Shown: positions 1 through 10,710, numbered from the stretch's first letter. The stretch is 64,000 nucleotides of DNA from a virus (IMGVR_UViG_3300033068_000989:32163-96162), one strand, 5' to 3'. Made by a program: numbers and translations. The notes: generated by a model from the letters alone, not told the origin.

Positions 1-32
1 TTTAAAAAACGACTAAAAACAAATAGTAAAAT

Positions 33-764
33 ATGTCGAAAACCATTGAAAACAATCAAATTGAAGAGTTACAAAAGGTTCAATTTAAATCAAAAGACAT
101 TGAGGGAAATAGCCAAAGAACAATTGGAGTACTATTCTCCCCAAACAATTCAACTGAGTGCACAAGAGATTATCTCGATTTTGCAAAACAATACGGACAA
201 GTAAGACTAGTAATGCCAGATGAATTTAAGAAAGATTTAGATTTACTTATAATTCCAGGAGGAATGGATATGAATGCGTCTACTAGAGCTTTTCTACCTA
301 GTATTTCTTTTAATCATGGTTGTACTGATCCATATTTTGAATATTTTAGATCATTTATCTTAGATGTATATATTGAGAATGAGATTCCAATATTTGGAAT
401 ATGTCTAGGATTTCAATTACTTGCCGCTAGATTCAATTCTAAACTATTCCCAGACATATCTGGACACACATCAGGTATGCACTATGTAGAAACTACAGAT
501 TTACGTATTAAAGTAAATACATACCATCACCAAGCTATTAAAGAATTAGGTGAAGAATTAATACCACTGGCATATTCTACTACTAAAAACGGTAAAAAAG
601 AATTAGTTGAAGCATTTACACATAAAGAATATAAAATATCAGGTGTACAATGGCATCCAGAAAGAATGCTAAATTTAGTATCCTCAAGTACATTTATAGA
701 AACAGGTAATCTTAGAGGAGATTTAATAACTAATCAGCTCATTAATAATCTACTAGCACCATGA
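33..764 (+). CDS. Class I glutamine amidotransferase / peptidase C26-like (gamma-glutamyl hydrolase)
   Basis: LIIPGGMD, PIFGICLGFQ (nucleophile Cys), VNTYHHQAI, GVQWHPE (His-Glu). Ends in TGA within an ATGA overlap; read-through would add ~9 codons. Confidence 0.88.
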   Translation: MSKTIENNQIEELQKVQFKSKDIEGNSQRTIGVLFSPNNSTECTRDYLDFAKQYGQVRLVMPDEFKKDLDLLIIPGGMDMNASTRAFLPSISFNHGCTDPYFEYFRSFILDVYIENEIPIFGICLGFQLLAARFNSKLFPDISGHTSGMHYVETTDLRIKVNTYHHQAIKELGEELIPLAYSTTKNGKKELVEAFTHKEYKISGVQWHPERMLNLVSSSTFIETGNLRGDLITNQLINNLLAP

Positions 765-1675
765 TTAGTACAGCCAAAAAAGTATCTCTAAAAAATAATT
801 ATACAGGATATACTATAGAAGGAGATACTGATTTAATATCTGTTGAGTATGAAGTAGCGTGGGATCCAGGTACAACAGAAAGACGATTTGTTTGGGAATA
901 TTTAACCCATGAAGACTTTATACGATATACAGAGTTTCCATCACACAGTGTAATACTAGAAGGTATAATCAAAGCTTGTAAAGAATATTTTCCATTTTTT
1001 GAAAACTTTTCAGTAGACGGTGGAGGAATTGAAGCTAATATACCACCTATGTGTTTAACCTTACATAAATCTGATGAAATACAAGAATATTTAGTAGAGT
1101 ATATGGATTTTCTAAAATACTTAGGATTTTCTGACGAATCATTATCTGCTGGAATTCATGTAAATGTTGATATGAGTATGTTGGGTAGAACTCAATTAGA
1201 CAAATCTGAAACTGTTAGAAAATTATGCCAATTTGCTTTTGATAATATTGATTTTGTCATTAAATTCTCTGGTAGAAAAAGAGGTGCTCAAATATTATCT
1301 GATATGTACCATTTCCTAGGAGATGTTTATAATTTAAAACCAAAATCTGAAAATTTAAGAGAATTTTTAATACATAAAAATCTATTAGCAGATTTCTTTA
1401 TGTCAGATAATACTTCATCACATCTAAGTCTATTTAATATGCATGCAGGTAAATGTGGTAGAGATGCCTTAGAAATTAGATGGTTTGGTACAACTTTAGA
1501 TATAAAAGAATATTATCAAATATTAGAATTTGCAGTAAGTCTAGTTCGTTTTAGTAGAGAATCTACTTTTGAAAAACTATCAGAATCAGATTATATACAA
1601 TATGTTAAAGAACATCCAACTATGTATAATAATCTCTTAGACAAATTAATCACTCATATTAATAGAATAAGATGA
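761..1675 (+). CDS. Putative COOH-NH2 ligase (amidoligase) family protein
   Basis: SVEYEV, DGGGIE, SAGIHVNV and LEIRWF match the amidoligase/glutamine-synthetase-fold pattern; adjacent to GATase and a second amidoligase. Confidence 0.65.
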   Translation: MISTAKKVSLKNNYTGYTIEGDTDLISVEYEVAWDPGTTERRFVWEYLTHEDFIRYTEFPSHSVILEGIIKACKEYFPFFENFSVDGGGIEANIPPMCLTLHKSDEIQEYLVEYMDFLKYLGFSDESLSAGIHVNVDMSMLGRTQLDKSETVRKLCQFAFDNIDFVIKFSGRKRGAQILSDMYHFLGDVYNLKPKSENLREFLIHKNLLADFFMSDNTSSHLSLFNMHAGKCGRDALEIRWFGTTLDIKEYYQILEFAVSLVRFSRESTFEKLSESDYIQYVKEHPTMYNNLLDKLITHINRIR

Positions 1676-3114
1676 CAGAAATTGAGAAAAAAGCTAGGGA
1701 ATCTCTAGATAATTCCATACCTTTGTATAAAAGTTTAAGTAGATTGGAATTAATTAAATTTAAAAGAGCTAATCCACTGCCAAAAGTTGAACCAAAATTT
1801 GGTATAAATATAGAAATAGAACTTTGGTCTATTATAAATGACGCAGAATTAGCTGAAGTTATGTCAGCTATGGACATACCAGTTACTACCAGTTCACAAT
1901 ATACACAAAGTCCATATTCAAAATGGTACATGCATAGTGATCCCTCTATTAGAGTAGATCACGATAAAATACAAAAACTTTTACAAGAAAACAAATATCC
2001 TATAAAAATCAGCTTACAAAACGTACAATACAACCAATCAATCCCTGTTTTAGGTTGTGGTCGTAATGAAACACATATAAAAGAAGAGTATATTCCAGAA
2101 GATATTAAAAAAATAGGAAAAGAATTAAACAAATTTCTTATACAACAAAAAGAAGAATTGATAAAGAAATTTGGTAACGTTTATTCTACTGAAGCTTTTA
2201 AGTTAGTTCAAGAAAAAAAATTAACTACTGAAGTACCTGTCGAAAACAATGAAGACTGTATTTCAGAGACTTCATCAACCCAATCTTCGAAATCAAATAT
2301 AGCTTATAAATATTCTGCACAACCTATGGAGTTATCTTCTCCAACTATATATAACTTTAAAGATTTAAGAAAACTTTTCTACCTATTTAAACACAAAGGA
2401 TTTAAAAGAACTCCATTAATATTTATAGGACCTTCATGTGGTTTACATATTACATTTTCTATACCACCAGATTTACCTTTTTCAGAAAAAGATAAATATA
2501 TACAAAAACTCGTGGAAGTTTTTGTATCACTTGAATCACAAATAATGGACATAGTTCCTGATCACAGAAAACGTAATACATACTGTAAACCTTTGCACAC
2601 ACATACAGATCTAGAAACTGTTATTAGATATTCTAAACAAGAGAAATATTCTTCTTTATATGTCGGTAAAGATAGATTTGCTAAACAAGAATTTAGATTT
2701 GTAAATGCTACTTCAAATGTATCAGAAATTGAAAATTGGATATTATTTTTACAGCAAGTAGTAGAATATACTTTAACTGTATTAGATGAAAAAATATCAA
2801 GATTACATTTATTTGATGTAATTACTCACCCACTTTTACAAGATTGGTTTTTAACACGTAGGGAATTTCTAACAACTAAAGCTAAAATAGACATCGTAGA
2901 TTCTAAAACATTGACTACTACACCATATTTATTAACTAAACAACTAAGAGATGAAGAATCCAAAAGAAAACAACAATACAAACTTGCCGAAAAAAATAGA
3001 GCAATGAATAGTAGATCTTATAAAAGAGAATCAATTCTTAATATTAAGAGATCGAAGAACGCACAAAGCGCTCGGCGTAGGGTACGGAATGGACGGAATA
3101 ACACAGGTAACTAA
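1672..3114 (+). CDS. Putative amidoligase (Amidoligase_2-like)
   Basis: FGINIEIE, SDPSI, MELSSP, SCGLHITF, RNTYC, KYSSL, EFRF motifs. Confidence 0.78.
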   Translation: MTEIEKKARESLDNSIPLYKSLSRLELIKFKRANPLPKVEPKFGINIEIELWSIINDAELAEVMSAMDIPVTTSSQYTQSPYSKWYMHSDPSIRVDHDKIQKLLQENKYPIKISLQNVQYNQSIPVLGCGRNETHIKEEYIPEDIKKIGKELNKFLIQQKEELIKKFGNVYSTEAFKLVQEKKLTTEVPVENNEDCISETSSTQSSKSNIAYKYSAQPMELSSPTIYNFKDLRKLFYLFKHKGFKRTPLIFIGPSCGLHITFSIPPDLPFSEKDKYIQKLVEVFVSLESQIMDIVPDHRKRNTYCKPLHTHTDLETVIRYSKQEKYSSLYVGKDRFAKQEFRFVNATSNVSEIENWILFLQQVVEYTLTVLDEKISRLHLFDVITHPLLQDWFLTRREFLTTKAKIDIVDSKTLTTTPYLLTKQLRDEESKRKQQYKLAEKNRAMNSRSYKRESILNIKRSKNAQSARRRVRNGRNNTGN

Positions 3115-3349
3115 TAAGCATGGAAAATTGCTATATTATAAAAATGCTCGTATTTCAGGAGAATGAAAAGATGGTATCCCTAATGGACAATGACTACCAA
3201 AAGTAGTAGGGGATACAACACCATCTGAAAAAGTATATGTGGAAAAGTTCATCCCAAGAAATCATAAATTAATTGACAATCAGGTAGCTGAATACCTTTG
3301 GGTAGATAAGGCGATGAGAATGTTATATACGCCTAACCGTAATTATTAA
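3089..3349 (+). CDS. 86-aa MORN-like protein containing two in-frame TGA codons (absent from ORF track)
   Basis: MDGITQVTNKHGKLLYYKNARISGE*KDGIPNGQ*LPKVVG...PNRNY; TGA at 3164-3166 and 3191-3193; GE(W)KDG.PNGQ resembles a MORN repeat; fills an otherwise empty gap. Confidence 0.65.
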
Positions 3350-3410
3350 TTACGCTTGCTGAAAGTTAAATGGATTAGGTAGTATGATTTTTATTATTTA
3401 AATAATTAAT

Positions 3411-4100
3411 ATGTTTAATTTTACTAAAGTTGATGCAACATTAAACCGACTTAAAACAAAGTTTAATCAACTTAAAATAAACGAGTTTAAATGGATATCT
3501 GTTAGTATAAACATAATATTGATAATCACTATTATGCATCTTTACACAGATATAATGAATATAAAGCAACAAACAAAAGAAGATATTGATACTTTAACAG
3601 AGACACTTGATTATTATCAATGTAATGTCGATTCTTTATCTAACTTAGTTACATATAAGCATACTGTTAAAACAAAAGTATCTAAACAGACACAGAAGTC
3701 ACCACAAAAAATAAAGGAATCAACAATTTTACAGTTTGATTCTTTTAAGTGGTATAATTCAGTTGATGTTTACTTACATAAATCCATGTGTAAAGCACTA
3801 GATCAATATTCTGGTCCAGACAACATTTTAATCACATCTATGCGAAGAAAATGGTGTAAGCATTCTAAACACTTCACAGGAGAGGCAGTTGATATACAAC
3901 TAAATCAAAGTGGTAGAAATATGTTAGAATGGATGATATCAGAGGAAGGTAAACTTTGGTTAACGGATCACAACCTATTTTTCTATATAGAAGACAAGCC
4001 CGGTTCGTCAAAATTAAAGGAATTTAGAGAGAGATTTAGTGAATATATTTTTGAAAACAAAAATGCTACTGGTTTGCATATTCATTTAGCTAGACTTTAA
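3411..4100 (+). CDS. Membrane-anchored M15-like zinc peptidase (possible cell-wall hydrolase)
   Basis: N-terminal hydrophobic helix and coiled coil; ITSMRR...SKHFTGEAVDIQ...HIHLA gives the HxxxxxxD...HxH zinc-ligand pattern. Confidence 0.65.
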   Translation: MFNFTKVDATLNRLKTKFNQLKINEFKWISVSINIILIITIMHLYTDIMNIKQQTKEDIDTLTETLDYYQCNVDSLSNLVTYKHTVKTKVSKQTQKSPQKIKESTILQFDSFKWYNSVDVYLHKSMCKALDQYSGPDNILITSMRRKWCKHSKHFTGEAVDIQLNQSGRNMLEWMISEEGKLWLTDHNLFFYIEDKPGSSKLKEFRERFSEYIFENKNATGLHIHLARL

Positions 4101-4429
4101 TGGTAGGAAAAATTGTAACATTATACTGGGATGAATTTAACACTGAGATTATTGGGAAGGCCAAGTTACTTAAATTAATAAGTAAAGGCCTTCCTATAAT
4201 CTTACCATCTGACACTGATTACGAATCTCCAACAGATAAGCAATTAGTATATAGATTTGATAAATATAAAGTACAATTTGTAGATGGCTATAAAGATCTT
4301 ACTGCTTCTGGTATTTATAAAGTACGTATACTACACAATATCGGTAAGGTAGCAAATAAAGAAAAATTTGAATTTAAAAACTTACCAAAAGACTCATTCT
4401 TAACTGTAAATGGTAAAGAAATTTTTTAA
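4100..4429 (+). CDS. Hypothetical protein
   Basis: 109-aa ORF coupled to the upstream gene (TAATG). Confidence 0.7.
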   Translation: MVGKIVTLYWDEFNTEIIGKAKLLKLISKGLPIILPSDTDYESPTDKQLVYRFDKYKVQFVDGYKDLTASGIYKVRILHNIGKVANKEKFEFKNLPKDSFLTVNGKEIF

Positions 4430-4443
4430 TTAAAAAACAAATA

Positions 4444-4827
4444 ATGGAAAACTCAATCCAAACTTTTTTAGAAAATCCAGAATATCAAAAATTAATGGTA
4501 GGTGTTGGTATATGCTTTGGTATTCTACTTATATTTTACATGGTATATAAAATTATGGTTAATCATGATCGTTCTACATCTTCCAAAGATAAAAAAACTA
4601 AGAACACTCAAGACTATAACAAATTAATTTTGAATGAATTGACTTCAAAAATAGAGCAATATCCTAATATGGATTTTGGAAACATTCTATTAGTTACAGG
4701 CATATTACAAACTGGCATATCTAAAACTGGTACTAAATATATTCTTAATCCAACTGGAGTTTCATCTAAGAAAATGTTTTCTCATATAAAATATGTAGTA
4801 CGTGATAAAGAATTAAGTGAAGATTAA
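4444..4827 (+). CDS. Hypothetical membrane protein
   Basis: One N-terminal hydrophobic helix (LMVGVGICFGILLIFYMVY); A-rich leader. Confidence 0.7.
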   Translation: MENSIQTFLENPEYQKLMVGVGICFGILLIFYMVYKIMVNHDRSTSSKDKKTKNTQDYNKLILNELTSKIEQYPNMDFGNILLVTGILQTGISKTGTKYILNPTGVSSKKMFSHIKYVVRDKELSED

Positions 4828-4842
4828 TAATAAAATTGTCAA

Positions 4843-6801
4843 ATGGATTTAACTAAAATACGCTTAGTAGCACCGTATTCAGTAGAAGGTATTGATAATG
4901 CTACTGTATGAGAGGCCTATAAGTATTTAAAACAATGTAAGTATATTACAGTAGATACAGAAACAGCTACTCACCCTTTATATACAAACATAGGATCTGG
5001 ATTAGATCCTTATACATCTATGCTAATCTCTATACAATTAGGAGATAAGGATAGACAATTTGTAATAGATACGAGATATGTTTCAATAGGTCCTTTAGCA
5101 TCTATATTAAGCTCAACTAAAATTGTGAAATTAGGTGTAAATTTAAAGTTTGATTACAAAATGATAAAACACCATTTAGGAATAGAGCTTAATAATATAT
5201 ATGACATAGGTTTAGCAGAGTTAATACTAACTAACGGATTAAATAAATCGTGGTCACTAGCAGCTATTGCTAAAAAATATTTAGATATAGATCTAAATAC
5301 TAAACAACTTTCTTTATGGGAATCCTATGTATCTAAGGATACAGTAAAACTTTATGAGAATTTAAAATATGAGAATCTTACTTTAGATCTAATAAAGTAC
5401 TCAGCTACAGATATTATTATTCCATCTCTAGTATATCCCAAAATACTTAAACAAATACGTGAAACTAATCAAGCTAAAGTAATAAAGTTAGAAAATGATT
5501 TCACTACTATAGTAGCAAAATGGGAATTAAAAGGAATTTATCTAGACGCAGATAAATGGTTAAATGTACTAGCGGATAATAAATTAGAATTATCTAAAGT
5601 AGAACAACAACTAAACCTGTATTTAATATCCCAAAAATTAGAACATTATTTAGGCATAAACTGGAACAGTTCTAAACAAGTCAGTGCTTTATTTAAGGAA
5701 TTAGATATACCTATACAAGTAATAGATTCAAAAAATAGTGTAGGAGATATCAAAGTTTATAAAAATACTGTGGGTCAAGCACATATAAAAAAGTTCAAAA
5801 GTAAGTTTGACATCTTACCATTATATCTGTCATATAAAAACTTATATAAAGCTATTAGTACATACGGATTTAAGTTTCTAAGTAATGTAAACCCTATATC
5901 TAATAGAATACACACAGACATTTATCAAATTAAGAGTACTGGTAGGATATCCTCATCAAGTCCTAATCTACAAAACATTCCTAGAACGGCTGATTTTAGG
6001 TCGTGTTTTATAGCACCAAAAGGAAAAACTTTTATTATATGTGACTACTCTGCTCAAGAGTCTAGAATTTTAGCTGACTATGCTAAAGAACCAGCAATGA
6101 TTGATTTTGCTATCAACGGTGATGGTGACTTTCACTCATTGACTGCTAAACAAATGTATGGAGAAGTAACACCAGAAAATAGGCCTATAGCTAAAATGTT
6201 AAATTTTGCTATTGCATATGGTGCATCAGCACATAAGATATCTGATCAAGCTCAGATTCCTACTAAACAAGCTCAAGAATTAATTGACCAATTCTTTAAG
6301 GCTTATCCTGTATTGAAACCATATTTTGAAAAAGTACAAAGACACGCATTAGGTAAAGGGTATCACATTACTGATGCTTATACTAAACGAAGATGTTATA
6401 TAGAGAATTTTGATAAGTATAAAACAGTAGAAGCTTACATCAAACATTATCAAAACTACTACCCATCTATAAAATTACCTTCAAAAATATGGTCAATATA
6501 CTTTAAAATGAAAGGCGAAATTGAAAGAGATAGTCAGAATTATCCTATTCAAGGGACTGGCGGTAGTATGACTAAATTAGCAGCAGTTTTAATAGATAAA
6601 GCTATTATAAAATTAGGTTGGAAAGAGAGAGCATATATCGTAAATATAATTCACGATGAAATTGTTGTAGAATGTGACACATCTATAGCAAATAAACTAT
6701 CTAAAATAGTGTCTAAATGTATGCAAGAAGCTGGTAAAATATTTATAAAAAGCGTACCGATGCCAGCAGAGGTACATATTTCTGAATTTTGGAAAAAATA
6801 A
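4843..6801 (+). CDS. polA: DNA polymerase family A (3'-5' exonuclease + polymerase), 652 aa with one in-frame TGA at 4909-4911
   Basis: ExoI motif ITVDTET...GLDPY lies upstream of the tracked start 5020; ExoII NLKFD; TGRISSSSPNLQNIP; motif A DYSAQESRI; motif B RPIAKMLNFAIAYG; motif C IIHDEI. Confidence 0.93.
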
Positions 6802-6805
6802 ACAA

Positions 6806-7870
6806 ATGAATTCAAATGTTACAGGTGTGGTAAATGATCACTCCATAATAATAATTTTAGGATTAGCCGTAGTAATTGGGCTTATTTACTGGATTCATAT
6901 TACCATGAAAAAGAATCCAGATATGACATTTGGGGATATAGTAAATGCAAAAATTGTTACTGAAAGAGTATCAATATTTATAATTACTTGTTTTATCATT
7001 AATATAACAGAGGCTATTATGGCTGCCTCAATAACTCCAATAGGAGAAACTGCCCCTAATCCTTTATCTAGGATTATGTCACACATGATAATAGCTATCG
7101 CAGGTATTACTTCTGGGCTATCTGTTCCCGATTTATTTAGAGCTACTATAGCTAAAGATTCTAAACACAGAGGTTATGCATTTATATTATTTATATTTGC
7201 ATTTATAGGTACATTTGGATTTCCTTATGGTAACCTTATTCTTATTGCAGGAGGTTTAAAAGAATATCAATTATTAAATATATACATATATGGATTATTT
7301 CCATGGAATGATATGGCAGCATATTATGCAAGTGTAGGATTACCAGTAAACTTTTCACCTATTGAACATATGTCATATGTATTAGTGACCTCTACATTCA
7401 TGACATTTGCTCACTACTTTTTAGTATTATTTGATGGCATTCATATGATCTATCATAATAAAACAGTATTAAATATAAAATTAGAAAACAAGGGTAAAGA
7501 TGGTAAGGATAAAGATGGTAAGTCTAAAGATTCTACTAAACCCAAAGATTTTGACCCTATTACCAAACTTATAAAACGATACTTTAATACTGGAGATTCT
7601 ACTAGTGAAGTTACAAATTGGATTACAAATGCACACAGAGTACATGATAACATGGATACTGGAGACAAAGCAAGACTATCTTCCAATATAGCTGCAATAG
7701 TATCTGAAATGGAAAAACTGGATAGAGATATAGCCAACTTAGATAAAGAAGAAAAATCAGCTAAAAAGTTAGAATTTAGAAACAAAATAAAAAGCTTCTT
7801 TAGAGAATCTACGAAGAATGGTAAAGGATTTGGTCTTACACTACCTAATGTAAGGGAGTTGGGAAACTAA
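6806..7870 (+). CDS. Multi-pass membrane protein with charged C-terminal domain
   Basis: About five hydrophobic segments then a K/D-rich linker; ends TTG GGA AAC TAA. Confidence 0.8.
   Translation: MNSNVTGVVNDHSIIIILGLAVVIGLIYWIHITMKKNPDMTFGDIVNAKIVTERVSIFIITCFIINITEAIMAASITPIGETAPNPLSRIMSHMIIAIAGITSGLSVPDLFRATIAKDSKHRGYAFILFIFAFIGTFGFPYGNLILIAGGLKEYQLLNIYIYGLFPWNDMAAYYASVGLPVNFSPIEHMSYVLVTSTFMTFAHYFLVLFDGIHMIYHNKTVLNIKLENKGKDGKDKDGKSKDSTKPKDFDPITKLIKRYFNTGDSTSEVTNWITNAHRVHDNMDTGDKARLSSNIAAIVSEMEKLDRDIANLDKEEKSAKKLEFRNKIKSFFRESTKNGKGFGLTLPNVRELGN
7861..7867 (+). promoter_or_regulatory. -1 ribosomal frameshift slippery heptamer G GGA AAC
   Basis: X XXY YYZ in the correct phase directly before the stop of 6806..7870; the -1 frame is open for 210 codons. 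Confidence 0.7.
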
Positions 7871-8493
7871 ATTTCCCCTTTACTTACAAATGTTCTAATG
7901 GATATAATTGTGAATCATTAGATGGAAAAACATGTGAGGCAGCAGAATGCGGTGCATCGAGATGTTTGTTATGTAATAAATCTATAGTAACTGTACCTGG
8001 ACAAGTTTGTAAAAACTGTGTAAATGTGTGTGACGCATGTGGTAGATCTGTTCCTGTTCCGTATGAATCTTTAACTAAGTATAAAGGGGATTATCTATGT
8101 GCAGATTGTTTAAACGTTAACAGATATTATGATAATATAAATGCTGACTATAAAATAAAGAAATGCACAATTTGTGGCAGTACATTTGAAACTCAAGATA
8201 ATGAGCATGTCTGCACAGATTGTGCGTCTGTAGCAATATGTGCCAATTGTGGTGATATGGTAGGTAGATCTAATTTAACACGACAAGGGTACTGTGAAAA
8301 TTGCTCCTCTAGAATGAATATAGACGTATGTGTAGTACCTCATTGCAATAGATCGAGTACAAATACACAAGGAATATGTCATTATCATTCATATGAATAT
8401 ATACTATGTCCTATATGTAACATAACTCCTATCAAAAAAGATACGGATATTATATGTGAAGGATGTATAAAAGCAGAAGATTTATATGACTAA
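7861..8493 (+). CDS. Cys-rich multi-zinc-finger domain, probably expressed as a -1 frameshift extension of 6806..7870
   Basis: Frame open from 7849 with no ATG near its start; Cys-rich pattern begins at ~7891, upstream of the tracked TTG 7966; many CxxC pairs. Confidence 0.7.
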   Translation, partial: GKLNFPFTYKCSNGYNCESLDGKTCEAAECGASRCLLCNKSIVTVPGQVCKNCVNVCDACGRSVPVPYESLTKYKGDYLCADCLNVNRYYDNINADYKIKKCTICGSTFETQDNEHVCTDCASVAICANCGDMVGRSNLTRQGYCENCSSRMNIDVCVVPHCNRSSTNTQGICHYHSYEYILCPICNITPIKKDTDIICEGCIKAEDLYD

Positions 8494-9691
8494 ATCTGAA
8501 TTACAAGAAAAAATTATAACTAAATACATGACTGAGCTTCCTAGTAGGGGTACAATTATACTACCAACTGGTGTTGGTAAAACAAGAGTAGCTTTACAAA
8601 TAGTTGAAAATCTATTTGCTAAAAAACTAATTAAAAGTTGTCTTGTTGTTACCCCTACTACAGTCTTGAAAGACGATTCTTGGCCAGCCGAAATTAAGTT
8701 ATTGAATTTACAAGAATTAAATATAACAATAGAATGTAAGCAAACAGCTTATAAGTTTAAAGATAAATATGATATAGTAGTAATAGATGAAGTTCATTCT
8801 GCTCTATCTTCTGTACATGGTAAAGTGTTAAACATACCATGTACATATATGCTTGGATTAACTGCTACCTTACCAGAACATGATGAAGATCATTTAGAAA
8901 TTTTGAAAAAAAGATTACCAGTATTCTTCTCGATAAGTTTAAAAGAATGTGTGGAACAAGGAATAGTACCAAGTTTTAAAGTATTTAACTTAAAAGTTAA
9001 ACTAAATAAAAAAGAACGAGCTAAATATTCTATCTATGATAAAATGTTTAACCAAGCTACAGCAGAGTTGCAAACTTATAAAAATAAAATTCCAGAATAT
9101 AACGAATTATCTGTATTTGATTTAGCACAAAAAGCTTCTTCAATTAAGACACATCCCTTACACAAAATTGGTAAGTCATATTGGTCAGCCATGTCTATGA
9201 GAAAATGGGAATGTTATAGAGCAGAATCTAAATTAGAAACAACAATAGAAATAATTAAAAAATATCCCGATAAAAAGTGGATAGTTTTCTCAAAAGAGAT
9301 TAAATTTGTAGAAGAATTAACTCAAAAATTACTAGATATAAAAATAAATGCGTTAAAATATCATTCACAAATGAAGGATATTGATAGAAAATTAGTATTG
9401 GAATTAATTTCTAAACCTAAATATAAAGTATTAGTCTCCGCAGAAGCACTTAATGTAGGATATAACTTACCTGACTTGGATGCCGCCATTTGTGCATCAG
9501 GTGTTTCTACAGAATTAGTGGGTATACAAATGGTTGGACGTATTAATAGATATAAAAAAGGAAAAATACCTGTAATGATTAATTTAGTTTGTGATAATAC
9601 ACAAGAAATGAATTGGGTATCTAAACGCACAGAAAATATGTCACCAATTTGGACAGATAATTTAAATAAAATAAATTTAACAAAATGGTAA
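8486..9691 (+). CDS. Superfamily 2 DExH helicase
   Basis: LPTGVGKT, VVIDEVH, LGLTAT, LNVGYNLP, QMVGRINR. Confidence 0.92.
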   Translation: MTKSELQEKIITKYMTELPSRGTIILPTGVGKTRVALQIVENLFAKKLIKSCLVVTPTTVLKDDSWPAEIKLLNLQELNITIECKQTAYKFKDKYDIVVIDEVHSALSSVHGKVLNIPCTYMLGLTATLPEHDEDHLEILKKRLPVFFSISLKECVEQGIVPSFKVFNLKVKLNKKERAKYSIYDKMFNQATAELQTYKNKIPEYNELSVFDLAQKASSIKTHPLHKIGKSYWSAMSMRKWECYRAESKLETTIEIIKKYPDKKWIVFSKEIKFVEELTQKLLDIKINALKYHSQMKDIDRKLVLELISKPKYKVLVSAEALNVGYNLPDLDAAICASGVSTELVGIQMVGRINRYKKGKIPVMINLVCDNTQEMNWVSKRTENMSPIWTDNLNKINLTKW

Positions 9692-10710
9692 TATCTAATT
9701 ATGCTACAAGACAAAAATTAGCTAACTATTTAGAAAAAGGCATACTTCCAAAAGATCTACAAGATCATAGAAAAGGAGAATATCTAGAAGATTTCTGTCT
9801 TTTTTGTGGATTGGAGCATGATAACATTGTATTTACTAAGTCATCTTATGGTGGAACAGGACTTGATGTACATATTTGTGAAGAATGTTTTAATGTTTTA
9901 GAAACAAAAAATATAGGGTATCAAAAAATGTTAAATTTTCACACAGAATCAAATAGATTAAACAATCTAAAAGCCTATCAAAAAACTAAAACTATCGCTA
10001 CAGATAAATACTCATTTACAAAAGGAGGTGAAAATGAAGGTAAATGTATATTTTGTACTGAAGAGTGCATAGGTGTTCCGTGGACATTAGAATTGCCTGT
10101 AGAAGATAACCAATATTATTATGGTGGAGATACATCTGTATGTGATAGATGTTATGAATGGCTAATATCAAATAACGTAACTTTACAAGCTGACGCATTC
10201 ACAGATAAATGCCCTAATTGTGAAAAACAATATGGAGTTTCGGTGCAAATTTGGAAAATACGTGAAACACTTAACTCACTAGGGGCGCACATATGTCCAC
10301 ATTGTTATTATGAAACACATAAACCACTGTCAAATGTAGTGGAATATATAAATTGTGAGGTATGTGACCTAAGTATAGTACATGAAAAAACCCTATATGT
10401 ATCTAAAAATACACCTACAATATTTAAAAAGTACTGTGGTAAATGTGTATTAGCATCATATAGACGAGAAGAGGAAATAATAATAAAGCATATAATTAAT
10501 AATGTATATTTGAATATAGATCTACATGCTTATGAATACAGAATTCTATATTATTCTACAGAAAATAAAGAAATGCAGTTAATATTAGAACATAAATGCT
10601 CTAATTCTACACCCCCATTTCTTATGGCTCACCAAGCTTCTACAATGGTTTATAAGCTATTAGAAGAAAACAAAATTCCAAGACAACCACAACAGGGATT
10701 ACTTTTCTAA
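9685..10710 (+). CDS. Cys-rich zinc-finger protein of unknown function
   Basis: About eight CxxC pairs. Confidence 0.75.
   Translation: MVISNYATRQKLANYLEKGILPKDLQDHRKGEYLEDFCLFCGLEHDNIVFTKSSYGGTGLDVHICEECFNVLETKNIGYQKMLNFHTESNRLNNLKAYQKTKTIATDKYSFTKGGENEGKCIFCTEECIGVPWTLELPVEDNQYYYGGDTSVCDRCYEWLISNNVTLQADAFTDKCPNCEKQYGVSVQIWKIRETLNSLGAHICPHCYYETHKPLSNVVEYINCEVCDLSIVHEKTLYVSKNTPTIFKKYCGKCVLASYRREEEIIIKHIINNVYLNIDLHAYEYRILYYSTENKEMQLILEHKCSNSTPPFLMAHQASTMVYKLLEENKIPRQPQQGLLF

Noticed and set aside
4909-4911. Selenocysteine or Gly reading of the in-frame TGA codons
   Set aside because: Contexts are not redox Cys positions, no consistent SECIS-like stem follows, and the MORN-like, primase and UDG-terminal contexts fit Trp better.
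5020-6801. Tracked polA start at 5020, and primase split into 13695..14189 and 14376..14744
   Set aside because: These calls drop the ExoI motif and part of the primase core, which lie in frame next to a single TGA.
7966-8493. Independent gene starting at TTG 7966
   Set aside because: Cys-rich coding pattern extends ~35 codons upstream to the slippery site; the TTG falls inside a CLLC motif.
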